Below, one piece after another: positions 55,879-64,000 of a stretch of DNA of 64,000 nt. A program made the position numbers and the translations under genes. The stretch is taken from the NCBI GenBank assembly GCA_963977015.1, contig CAXBMO010000011.1, positions 123,844 through 187,843 on the forward strand. The letters run 5' to 3'. The stretch is from an uncultured bacterium. GTDB lineage: Bacteria; Verrucomicrobiota; Verrucomicrobiia; Verrucomicrobiales; DEV007. A model generated the notes under the pieces. It searched no databases and was not told where the DNA came from. It saw nothing but the letters and a program-made list of their open reading frames with translations. The stretch's first letter is position 1. Each line of letters begins with the position of its first letter.

Positions 55879-56667
55879 ATGAAGCCCTTTCTTTCTCTTT
55901 CCTTGGCCCTTGCTGCTCTGTTCAGCGTCAGTTGTGAAACCCTGCAAACGAACGCAAAAACTCCAACCCCTCCTGCACCTACGTATCAAAGCACCGGTGC
56001 GACTTACCACGGAAAGGCCTCCTGGTATTCGGTGAAGACCAATGGTGGTTACGCAACCGCCAGCGGTGAACGGTTTAACGAATGGGCGGATACCGCAGCG
56101 CATAAAACCCTTCCGCTGGGGACGAGGGTCAAAGTTACGAATTTGAGCAACGGGCTCCACAAGGTCGTGCGGATCAACGATCGCGGTCCCTACATCACGG
56201 GGCGGATTATCGATGTTAGCCTGGGGGTGGCCCACGATTTGGAATTCGTCAATCGGGGCGTGGTGCCGGTCACGGTCGAGGTTGTGAAGAAGACTCCTGT
56301 TCCCTCGACTCCGCCCAAACCGGAATACCAAGGGCTCTTTTCTCGTTCAGCTTCGAAAAATCATTCCAAGTCGACGGTTTCCCGAGCGCAGAAATCAAAG
56401 AACGCCAGTTCGCGTGAGCTTCCAGATTTTGAGGCCGCATTCCAGAACGTGGCCAAAGCCTTTTCGGGAAAGAGCAGTCAATCTACCACGAAGCGTGGCA
56501 ATGAGCTCCAGTTGCGGGCCAGGATTGGAGCACTTGGGAAAGGTTTGAAGAGCCAGGTGGTAGAGCAGAAGGCCAAAAGCGACCATCGCTCCCAGAAGGT
56601 AAAGAATTCCCACGAATCCAGGGGCCCTGCCTATGGTTTTCGTTCGGCCCTGCATCGCCGGAAGTGA
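55879..56667 (+). CDS. rlpA: RlpA family lipoprotein (septal ring lytic transglycosylase)
   Basis: Lipobox (SVSC), GKASWY, TASGE, TAAHKTLPLGT.V.VTNL.NG..VVRINDRGPY..GRIIDVS; basic low-complexity tail. Confidence 0.88.
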   Translation: MKPFLSLSLALAALFSVSCETLQTNAKTPTPPAPTYQSTGATYHGKASWYSVKTNGGYATASGERFNEWADTAAHKTLPLGTRVKVTNLSNGLHKVVRINDRGPYITGRIIDVSLGVAHDLEFVNRGVVPVTVEVVKKTPVPSTPPKPEYQGLFSRSASKNHSKSTVSRAQKSKNASSRELPDFEAAFQNVAKAFSGKSSQSTTKRGNELQLRARIGALGKGLKSQVVEQKAKSDHRSQKVKNSHESRGPAYGFRSALHRRK

Positions 56668-57600
56668 CGAGTGGTTCACGGTCCGGGCTCCGGAAACTGG
56701 CGTGAGGTTTGCCGGCGGATCAATTCGGCGGGCAATCTCATAGCGGAACGGTTTGATTGGCGCAGCCTGCCGGATTTGAAGAATCAGCTCTGCTGCAAAG
56801 CGTTCGATCTGACGGTTGGCTGTGGTTTCAAAACGTGCCCGTTGAAGGCTGGAAATCAGCATCGCATTCGCGTTTGCCGGATGAAGATCATTCGACCGGA
56901 TTGCTCCCCAAAAGGATTCGGTTCTGGCCGGGTGTTCCCAGCGATATACGAGGACGATTTCGCTACCTGATGCGCGAGACCAGGCTTCCTGAGATTCGAC
57001 GGTCAACTCGTATTCGTCATCCAGAACCAGAAGGTAGACGGGAGTCGCGGACTGCTGGGCATGGGCCTGCAACATGGAGCCCAGCCGGCTTGCCGAATCC
57101 TCATTGAGCAGACCAAGCGGGTCGCAAAGAAATTGATTTGGTTTGCGAGGTACCTCAAGAGGCGCTGAATCGGCCATGTCGGGAGCCGGTTTTGCTGAGC
57201 GTGAATCTGCAACGTTGAACGCGAGAACCGCTTCCTCCGCATCCATCGAATCCGGGCTGGAGATTTGGATGATGGCCTCTTCAGGCTGAGGCCACAAACT
57301 CCCGCCCAAAGTGGTCAGGACATCATTGGATTGACGGGCGGCGTTCCAGGAGGGAAGCGGACCCAGTGAGATTTCCGCCGAAGGCTGGCGCCACTTCATT
57401 TTGTTCGTCGTGCTTTTGGGAAGCGAGAACTCAAGGCGATCAATGAGGCCGCCCGGTTCCTTCTTCCTCTGCAGGCGTTTCCTGAATGACAACAAGCTGC
57501 TTTCGCCACCCTTGTTCGGCGAATCGAAGCAAAATCCCGGATCTGCCACTACGATTAATCCAAGGAAAGCGATGGCGAACTTTGAAGTGGCAATTCTCAT
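56395..57600 (-). CDS. Exported TPM-domain-like protein with C-terminal TM
   Basis: Signal peptide, FLCDPLGLL....RL..L..HA....VYLLV (TPM-like) and TM FVGILYLLGAMVAFGLLLY. The 3' end overlaps rlpA, so the true end is uncertain. Confidence 0.6.
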   Translation of the reverse strand: MRIATSKFAIAFLGLIVVADPGFCFDSPNKGGESSLLSFRKRLQRKKEPGGLIDRLEFSLPKSTTNKMKWRQPSAEISLGPLPSWNAARQSNDVLTTLGGSLWPQPEEAIIQISSPDSMDAEEAVLAFNVADSRSAKPAPDMADSAPLEVPRKPNQFLCDPLGLLNEDSASRLGSMLQAHAQQSATPVYLLVLDDEYELTVESQEAWSRASGSEIVLVYRWEHPARTESFWGAIRSNDLHPANANAMLISSLQRARFETTANRQIERFAAELILQIRQAAPIKPFRYEIARRIDPPANLTPVSGARTVNHSSLPAMQGRTKTIGRAPGFVGILYLLGAMVAFGLLLYHLALQTFPKCSNPGPQLELIATLRGRLTALSRKGFGHVLECGLKIWKLTRTGVL

Positions 57601-57749
57601 AGCCCTTGGCCGGAATCCTCGGTAGCGAACCTGGAGTGAAGACGGAAATTCATGGAAATTAGTTTAGTTATACAAAATATCATGAATTCTGTAAAATTAA
57701 ACGGCTTTTTCCAGAGCTCGTCCCAACTCCCTCGTCGACGAGGATTCGA

Positions 57750-59777
57750 CTAAGGTTCCAAATATTTTTCGAACCACGCCAAGTCCCATTTCAATTTTGC
57801 CTTTCGATGGGTGTAGCTGCTGAGTCCGTGACCAGCGTCGGGATAAATCAACAGCTCGCAGGGCGCATCGAGGTAGTGATGGAGCGCGCGATGAAGCCCG
57901 CGACTGTGAGACGCCGGCACCCGGGGATCCTTTTCGCCGACGTGAATGATGGTCGCGGTTTTGATGCCTTTGCGCATTCCAAAGACAGGTGACGCCTTCA
58001 GGTAAGCCGCAGGCTTTTCCCAGGGAAGTCCCTCCATGTAGTTGATGACGTGGCCCGGCGTATCCTCCTCCGCCCACTGCATCGTCATGTCAAAGACGCC
58101 CGCACCGCTGCTGGCCGCTTGAAAGCGATTGGTCGCAATCAGGCAGTTGGTAAGATACCCACCGTTGCTCCAACCGCTAACGCCGAGCCTCTCCGGATCA
58201 GCAATCCCGCGCTGGATCATCGCGTCGACACCGAGCAGGATATCCTGAACCTCGATCTCGTTTTCGCGTCCGATCAAGTCCGTCATGAACTCGTCCCCAT
58301 ATCCCGTTGAACCCCGATAGTTGGGAAGCAACACGGCATACCCCTTTGCCGGAAAAAGGCTGCGATGGTAAATCCAGTAGCGAAAACAGAATTTTGCCGA
58401 GGCGGTGGGTCCTCCGTGAATGGCAACGATCAGGGGAAGCGGGGCTTCTCCGTCGTAGTCGGGCGGCAGCTCCAGAATTCCTTCGACTTCATCGCCATCC
58501 GTTCCCTTCCATTGCACCAGGCCCAGCTTGGGGAGTTTCCAGCGGTCGACCTGGGGATTGACTTTGACGATCCGCTCCGGTTCTTCCGAAAGTAAGCCAA
58601 CAAAGAGATCGCCCGCATAATCATGACCGCTTTGCGTGGTCGCGATTCGCGAGTTTTCGCGGGAAATGCTGAAATCGTCGATCACCACGATTTCCGGAGA
58701 GAGAAGTTCGGACACTCCGGTTTCGAGATCGACGCTGTAGATGCGTTCCAACGCGTGGTGATCCCCCTGAAAGGCCAGCTTTGTGGAGCCAGGAATCCAT
58801 TTCAGGCCACCGTTCACCTCAACATCTTCAGGACGGGGCAACTGGCGGATCTCAGGTTCGTTTCCGGCGAAGGTAGCCGCAAAAATCCAGGTAGGATAGC
58901 CATCGAAACTAATCGAAAACGCGAGGTTCCGACTATCGTCTGACCAAACAGGGTTCTCCAGCCAGCCGAACGGAGATGGTGCTTCGTCCCGCCATTGAGG
59001 ATCCGCCAAGTCGATTGCGTTCCCTGTTTTGACTTCGAGCACGCGAACCTCCGACTTCCCTTCGTGGGAAATCAGGAGCTGATCGGGATCCGTGATCATC
59101 GCGATCCGCGTCTGGTCGGGCGATACTGCAAAGCTCCGAATGTAACGCGTTTCGTCGACCAGCTTCTCGGCCTTCCACGCTTCCAGATCCAATTCCCAAA
59201 GCTCGGATACTTTGTGAATCCCGTGACCAAACTCAAGATCGTCCTTGAACTCGTTTCGCAGGTCAGCCCAATCCTCAATCGTATGATCCTTCGTCACCGT
59301 ATAATAGATCGAGGAGCCATCCCAAGCGAGTTCATACCGTTGAATCCCGCCCTTGACCTGGGTAACCGGCGTTAGCCCGGATCCATCGCGGAAAATCCGC
59401 CAGACCTGGGTTTTCCCGTCATAAGGTGGCTTCTCCTCGCCTTCGCGCTCAAAGTTCGCTGCGAAATAGATCGTGCGGTTATCGGGAGCCCATTGTGGGG
59501 CATACTCGCTGGTCCGCTCAAAGGTGAGGCGTTGTCGTTGCTTCGTTTCTACGTTAACGACCCAAAGGTCGTAGTTGCGTTGATCGTCTTCCTTGTTCCA
59601 CCGAACCTCAATGTAGGCGACATGTCTTCCGTCGGGCGAAATTTCGCAATGGCTGATATAGGCCTGGGAGAAGTAGTCTTCCAGTGTGATGTCGTGATCG
59701 CGAACTGCAGGCTCCGAAAACGCAGCGCTCAGACTGCAGACAAGAAGTACAAACGTGGTAAAGCGAAAGCTGCTCAT
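57750..59777 (-). CDS. S9 family (prolyl oligopeptidase/acylaminoacyl) peptidase
   Basis: Propeller SPDG repeats, IHGGP, PNYRGSTGYG, nucleophile GWSNGG, GEKDPRVP, GH. Confidence 0.95.
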   Translation of the reverse strand: MSSFRFTTFVLLVCSLSAAFSEPAVRDHDITLEDYFSQAYISHCEISPDGRHVAYIEVRWNKEDDQRNYDLWVVNVETKQRQRLTFERTSEYAPQWAPDNRTIYFAANFEREGEEKPPYDGKTQVWRIFRDGSGLTPVTQVKGGIQRYELAWDGSSIYYTVTKDHTIEDWADLRNEFKDDLEFGHGIHKVSELWELDLEAWKAEKLVDETRYIRSFAVSPDQTRIAMITDPDQLLISHEGKSEVRVLEVKTGNAIDLADPQWRDEAPSPFGWLENPVWSDDSRNLAFSISFDGYPTWIFAATFAGNEPEIRQLPRPEDVEVNGGLKWIPGSTKLAFQGDHHALERIYSVDLETGVSELLSPEIVVIDDFSISRENSRIATTQSGHDYAGDLFVGLLSEEPERIVKVNPQVDRWKLPKLGLVQWKGTDGDEVEGILELPPDYDGEAPLPLIVAIHGGPTASAKFCFRYWIYHRSLFPAKGYAVLLPNYRGSTGYGDEFMTDLIGRENEIEVQDILLGVDAMIQRGIADPERLGVSGWSNGGYLTNCLIATNRFQAASSGAGVFDMTMQWAEEDTPGHVINYMEGLPWEKPAAYLKASPVFGMRKGIKTATIIHVGEKDPRVPASHSRGLHRALHHYLDAPCELLIYPDAGHGLSSYTHRKAKLKWDLAWFEKYLEP

Positions 59778-59832
59778 CCGCGCAGCCTAGGGGGCGTGAG
59801 CAGAAAGATAAAGGGATGAGTCATTGAAGCCC

Positions 59833-60969
59833 CTAAAAATACATTCTGACCGCCGTCATGAACGTCCAGAAATTGTGATCCCGGTCGAACCCGTCAATCG
59901 TGGACCACTCAACGCCGTTCATGATCTTGAGCTTGTCGCCACAAATGTACCAATTGAGTCCGCCGTAGATGGCGTGGTATTCATCTCCTCTCGCCACCGG
60001 TGAACCTTCCCGCTCATAACGTTTTTGAACGGGGATTCCATCCATCTCATCAGCCATGACGAATTGATAACGCAAGACGGCTTCCAGTCGGTCCGTAAGA
60101 TCGAAGTACGGCATGATGATCGCTCCATTCAAATCGGAGGCCAGGTCATTGAAGGCATCGTCCGCGTAGATAAAGTCCGTCATGAGGTGAAAGCGCCCCC
60201 AATCACTTTGGCTGCTGAGTGAGAAATTCTCGTGGTAAGGCCGGTAGGCGTTCTGCTCCCGGTCGCCATGGCGGTGAAACCAATCGATCCTGACATTGGT
60301 ATTCTCGCCAAAATCGCGGGAAATACGCCCATACTGTCCCCACGAGCCGTGTTCAGGAAGCCCCCAGTCTTCGGTCAGTTGACCCGAAAACCCACCAAAC
60401 GAAATATCGAAGCCATGCCAATTGTGAGCGGTTCCCACGATGCCACCAGCTTTTGACGGAACGATCTCGTTCACGATCAAGGAGCGCTCAATCGTCTTGA
60501 TTCGTTTTGAGGAAGTTGAGTATTCGCGGGTGAACTCTGGCTTCAGTTTGCCAAACTTGACCGTGTATTTGTCGCTGGGTTCCCACGTAAAGTAGGCGTC
60601 GTCCACATCTTCGAAGAGGCGTCCCGATTGATTGAAGTCACGCTTGAGGTTGAATTCCGTCTGAAACTTGAGGTATTCGGAAAATTTGGCGGCGAAACCG
60701 AATCGAAAGCGGCGATTCTCCCAATCACTGGAATCCGACTCTGACTCCACATTGTAGTACTGACCCTGGTATCGTCCAATGAGTCGGAGTTCCTTGAGGA
60801 TCGGATGGCCGCCTTCGTAAAGCGTCGCAAGTCCAAGGAGATCGTCATAGCGATCGCAGAAGAGCTTGGGATCTTCGATGATGATCTCTTTTGAAGATTC
60901 GACGGGGCCTGCCAAAGCGTAGTTCAAGCCCAGAACCAAACTGAGGACAAAGGTGACGTTCACTTTCAT
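59833..60969 (-). CDS. Phosphate-selective porin O/P-like outer membrane protein
   Basis: Signal peptide, RRFRFG, EYSTSSKRIKTIERS, GLNWY, terminal F. Confidence 0.85.
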   Translation of the reverse strand: MKVNVTFVLSLVLGLNYALAGPVESSKEIIIEDPKLFCDRYDDLLGLATLYEGGHPILKELRLIGRYQGQYYNVESESDSSDWENRRFRFGFAAKFSEYLKFQTEFNLKRDFNQSGRLFEDVDDAYFTWEPSDKYTVKFGKLKPEFTREYSTSSKRIKTIERSLIVNEIVPSKAGGIVGTAHNWHGFDISFGGFSGQLTEDWGLPEHGSWGQYGRISRDFGENTNVRIDWFHRHGDREQNAYRPYHENFSLSSQSDWGRFHLMTDFIYADDAFNDLASDLNGAIIMPYFDLTDRLEAVLRYQFVMADEMDGIPVQKRYEREGSPVARGDEYHAIYGGLNWYICGDKLKIMNGVEWSTIDGFDRDHNFWTFMTAVRMYF

Positions 60970-61140
60970 GGTGATTGTGGTGGTCGTGTTAGTGTAGGGG
61001 TTGCATCGCGATGCGATGGCTAGCCCCTGGCCGCAACCTAATTTTTCCTGAAAGTTAAGGAGAAGGCAACGATGAAATATTGTGATTCCAACTTTTTTCG
61101 GAGATTGCCAGGGCCCCTTTTCTGGCTCAGACTGGGAGCC

Positions 61141-62043
61141 ATGAAACCCCTGCTTTGGATCGTTCTATCCCTCTGTATTGTGACGTTTGGCTATGGGAAA
61201 GCGCCCGTTTTCGACTTCCCGGGTGCGACCGCTGAAACCTATAAAACAGCGTCCGGTGATGACCTCAAAATCTATATCTTCTCGCCGGAAGGACATGATC
61301 CTGACAACGATCGCAGACCCGCGATTGTCTTCTTTTTTGGTGGCGGTTGGAACGGGGGGAGCCCCGGTCAATTTGAACAGCATTGCCGTTACCTAGCCTC
61401 CCGGGGCATGGTTGCGATGACCGCCGACTACCGCGTCAAGAGTCGCCAGAAGACGACGCCCAAAGAATGCGTTGCTGATGGGAAGTCCGCCGTTCGGTGG
61501 ATTCGGCAGAACGCCGCACGATTGGGAGTCGATCCGGACAAGGTCGCTGCTGGCGGAGGTTCGGCTGGAGGCCAGGTAGCGACAGCCACGGGAATGGTCG
61601 ATGGCTTTGATGACCCTGCCGACAACGTGGAAGTTTCCTCCAAACCCGACGCGCTGGTTCTCTTCAACCCGGTCTACGATAATGGACCCAAGGGATGGGG
61701 GCACAGCCGGGTCGTCGATTATTGGGAGGCCTTTTCGCCTGCTCACAACATCACGGGTGACGATCCGCCCGCCGTGGTTTTTCTGGGATCGAAGGATCCG
61801 CTGGTTCCGGTGGCCACGGCAGAAAAGTTTCGCGACACGATGAAAGCAGAAGGTCTCAAAAGCGAACTTCACGTTTATGAAGGGCAGCCCCACGGATTCT
61901 TTAACGAAGGAAAGGGCGGTTCGGAGATCTTCCTTGATACGATTCGGAAAATGGACGCATTCCTGAGCTCGGTTGGCTTCCTGGAAGGCGAATTGGACGA
62001 GTCCCTGGTCCTGGCGGTGTCCAAGAAAAAGAGTAAAGGCTAG
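61141..62043 (+). CDS. Exported alpha/beta hydrolase (esterase/lipase)
   Basis: FFGGGW, GGSAGG, FNPV, D..VP, HGFFN; start ATG 61141. Confidence 0.9.
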   Translation: MKPLLWIVLSLCIVTFGYGKAPVFDFPGATAETYKTASGDDLKIYIFSPEGHDPDNDRRPAIVFFFGGGWNGGSPGQFEQHCRYLASRGMVAMTADYRVKSRQKTTPKECVADGKSAVRWIRQNAARLGVDPDKVAAGGGSAGGQVATATGMVDGFDDPADNVEVSSKPDALVLFNPVYDNGPKGWGHSRVVDYWEAFSPAHNITGDDPPAVVFLGSKDPLVPVATAEKFRDTMKAEGLKSELHVYEGQPHGFFNEGKGGSEIFLDTIRKMDAFLSSVGFLEGELDESLVLAVSKKKSKG

Positions 62044-62102
62044 TCAGGGGCTCGGAAAGACCGGCACACTTATTCCTGAGTCGAAGCAATTGTCTGGAGA
62101 AA

Positions 62103-62151
62103 TTGCCACATCTTGTGGCTCATTTCCGATTGACGCTACAATATCTTGATG
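62103..62151 (+). promoter_or_regulatory. Tandem NrdR boxes flanking a -35 hexamer
   Basis: TTGCCACATCTTGTGG (62103-62118) and CTACAATATCTTGATG (62136-62151), 33 bp apart, with TTGACG at 62130-62135. Confidence 0.7.
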
Positions 62152-62179
62152 TCACTCTCGCGCTGAGCTAGTTGTTGCG

Positions 62180-62677
62180 ATGCGTTGTGTAAAATGTCAG
62201 AGCCTAGAGGATAAAGTCCTGGATTCACGGATGTCGAAAGACGGTTCCGCAATTCGGCGCAGACGCGAGTGCCTTGGATGCGGCCATCGATTCACCACGT
62301 TTGAGCAGCTGGAACAGAGCGATTTTCGAGTCATCAAGCGCGACGGGATTCGCGAAGCCTTCAGCCGCGATAAACTGCTTGGCGGTTTGTTGAAGGCGTG
62401 TGAGAAACGCGCCGTTCCCACCGAGATTCTGGAGAAAGCTGCCGATCAGATTGTCAGGGAACTGAAAAGCGAGAACCTCAAAGAGATCGAATCGCAACGG
62501 ATTGGGCCATTGGTCATGCGTCAACTTCGCGACATCGATTCCGTTGCCTATGTCCGCTACGCATCCGTCTATCGGCAGTTTGAAGATGTGGGGGAATTCA
62601 TCGACGAAATTCAGTCCCTTTCTGAAATGCCTGATGATCAGCGCGGGCAGAAAGATCTCTTCCTTCAGGAGACGTAG
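62180..62677 (+). CDS. nrdR: Transcriptional repressor NrdR
   Basis: CVKC...VLDSR...IRRRRECLGCGHRFTTFE zinc ribbon; ATP cone VIKRDG.RE.F; VAYVRYASVYRQF. Confidence 0.97.
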   Translation: MRCVKCQSLEDKVLDSRMSKDGSAIRRRRECLGCGHRFTTFEQLEQSDFRVIKRDGIREAFSRDKLLGGLLKACEKRAVPTEILEKAADQIVRELKSENLKEIESQRIGPLVMRQLRDIDSVAYVRYASVYRQFEDVGEFIDEIQSLSEMPDDQRGQKDLFLQET

Positions 62678-62815
62678 TAGGCGCCGCCTTTTCCCGAGTT
62701 TTTCCCATTAATAACGATCGAATTGGGTAAAACTTGGGAATAACCTGAGAGCATAACAATAGCACCAAAATCGGTTTGACTTTGTGCCAATTCCCTAACA
62801 AAGACACCGGTTATT

Positions 62816-63379
62816 GTGATTTCACTTAGAGAACAGCTCCCCCTCCTCCGCATCAACCGCGGAGAAGTCGTCCACTACGATGAGTCGTGGGTATTTGATC
62901 TCATTCGTGATGCCGCGGAGCGGTCAGGGCATGAGGACAGCTGGTTTGCGGACGACATCGCCAAAGGTGTGGTCCTCTATCTCAAAGAGAAGTTTCACAA
63001 GACGTCGATTGGGATTGAAGAACTCTTCGTCAAGATTGAGCGCACCCTGCGTGCCGTTGGATTTCCGGATATTGCAGGCAATCTCCAGCAAAGCGCCCCA
63101 CCGGCGAGACTCTCATTGGCTTCCGTCGCGGAAGATGCCGGTGAAGGCTTCGAACTTCTCTTCTTTCAACTGCTGGGGAATCGACTGGCCTCCGTCCGTG
63201 AACTCGGGGCCCGGCGTCTGCATTGCTCAGAGCTGCGCTACGCCGTTCAACGCATCAACGGAACCGATCGTTGGAACGCCAACTGCGAAAGCCTGCAGAG
63301 CGAGATTCTCGACTACATGACCTTGGAAATGACGCGCGGAGATCAGGCCGACGATCGTTTGTCGCTCATGGTGACCTAG
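62816..63379 (+). CDS. Hypothetical protein with ATP-cone-like N-domain
   Basis: GEVVHYDESW...IRDAAERSG....ADDIAKGV..YL......IGIEEL...IERTL..VGF.DIA follows the ATP-cone helix pattern. Confidence 0.65.
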   Translation: MISLREQLPLLRINRGEVVHYDESWVFDLIRDAAERSGHEDSWFADDIAKGVVLYLKEKFHKTSIGIEELFVKIERTLRAVGFPDIAGNLQQSAPPARLSLASVAEDAGEGFELLFFQLLGNRLASVRELGARRLHCSELRYAVQRINGTDRWNANCESLQSEILDYMTLEMTRGDQADDRLSLMVT

Positions 63380-63461
63380 TCGCATCGTCGCTTTCGCACC
63401 GCGTTTTTCAGTTGAGCCGCATGCAATCAGGGCAGAACCTGATTGCGAACCAATTTTGCCA

Positions 63462-63806
63462 ATGACGATTTTTGAGAAAATCATCGCTCGGGAGATTCCG
63501 GCCCAGATTGTCCATGAAGATGAGCAATGCATTGCCTTCAACGACGTCAATCCCCAGGCGCCCACGCACGTATTGATCGTTCCCAAAAAGGTTATCGCGA
63601 GGGTCGGTGAGGCGGAAACCGAGGATCAGAGCGTGCTCGGCCACCTTCTCCTTGTCGCAAAACAAATCGCCACGGAACTTGGAATCAATTCCACCGACCA
63701 AGGATTTCGACTGATCATCAACAATGGCAGCGATGGAGGAGAAAGCGTTCCCCACCTGCACGTCCATCTGCTCGCTGGCCGTCCCTTGAAGTGGCCTCCG
63801 GGCTAG
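63462..63806 (+). CDS. Histidine triad (HIT/HinT) nucleotide-binding protein
   Basis: TIFEKIIAREIPA, PQAPTHVLIVPK, HLHVHLL, WPPG. Confidence 0.95.
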   Translation: MTIFEKIIAREIPAQIVHEDEQCIAFNDVNPQAPTHVLIVPKKVIARVGEAETEDQSVLGHLLLVAKQIATELGINSTDQGFRLIINNGSDGGESVPHLHVHLLAGRPLKWPPG

Positions 63807-63923
63807 ATGGTTGGGCGGATTCAAAAAACAGTCAGGACCTTAAGAATTCCGCTGAGTTTTCCCTTGCAATCTTCGCGCAAGTCAGCACATTCCTCGTCCA
63901 CTCAAGAGAGGCCTTGACCTTAC

Positions 63924-63998
63924 TCCGGATTAGCTCAGCGGTAGAGCGGGTGGCTGTTAACCACTAGGTCGTTGGTTCGAATCCAACATCCGGAGCCA
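63924..63998 (+). tRNA. tRNA-Asn (GTT)
   Basis: Acceptor TCCGGAT/ATCCGGA, D-arm AGCTCAGCGGTAGAGC, anticodon loop CTGTTAA, T-arm GGTTCGAATCC, encoded CCA. Confidence 0.97.
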
Positions 63999-64000
63999 TT

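Overview
64 kb of a GC-rich bacterial chromosome. The protein families (SHD1 domain, PQQ-type propeller, cytochrome c-PA14, nrdR next to an ATP-cone-like gene) suggest the PVC superphylum, probably Verrucomicrobiota; this is an inference. From left to right it holds: (i) a secretion locus with a 1342-aa repeat adhesin, TolC, a divergent LapB/LapC-type T1SS and a second GAF-adaptor / putative M50-type module; (ii) an MBOAT/SGNH O-acylation pair; (iii) a selenium neighbourhood; (iv) a glycosyl/methyltransferase cluster; (v) a REP doublet, an IS3 relic and a mosaic TIR-STAND gene next to valS; (vi) a group II intron relic abutting an integron-cassette-like unit; (vii) a 181-bp duplication bracketing an IS end plus a VOC gene; and (viii) housekeeping genes (MscK-like channel, SNF2 helicase, nadB, rlpA, nrdR with tandem NrdR boxes, HIT protein, tRNA-Asn). 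The selenium neighbourhood has tRNA 2-selenouridine synthase (mnmH/selU). About 2.7 kb downstream lies the strongest hidden signal in the window: two ORFs split by the ORF track at an in-frame TGA. They read as one exported SHD1-thioredoxin protein with a W-U-G-P-C active site, followed by a bacterial SECIS-like hairpin. All calls come from reading motifs by eye; no database searches were run.
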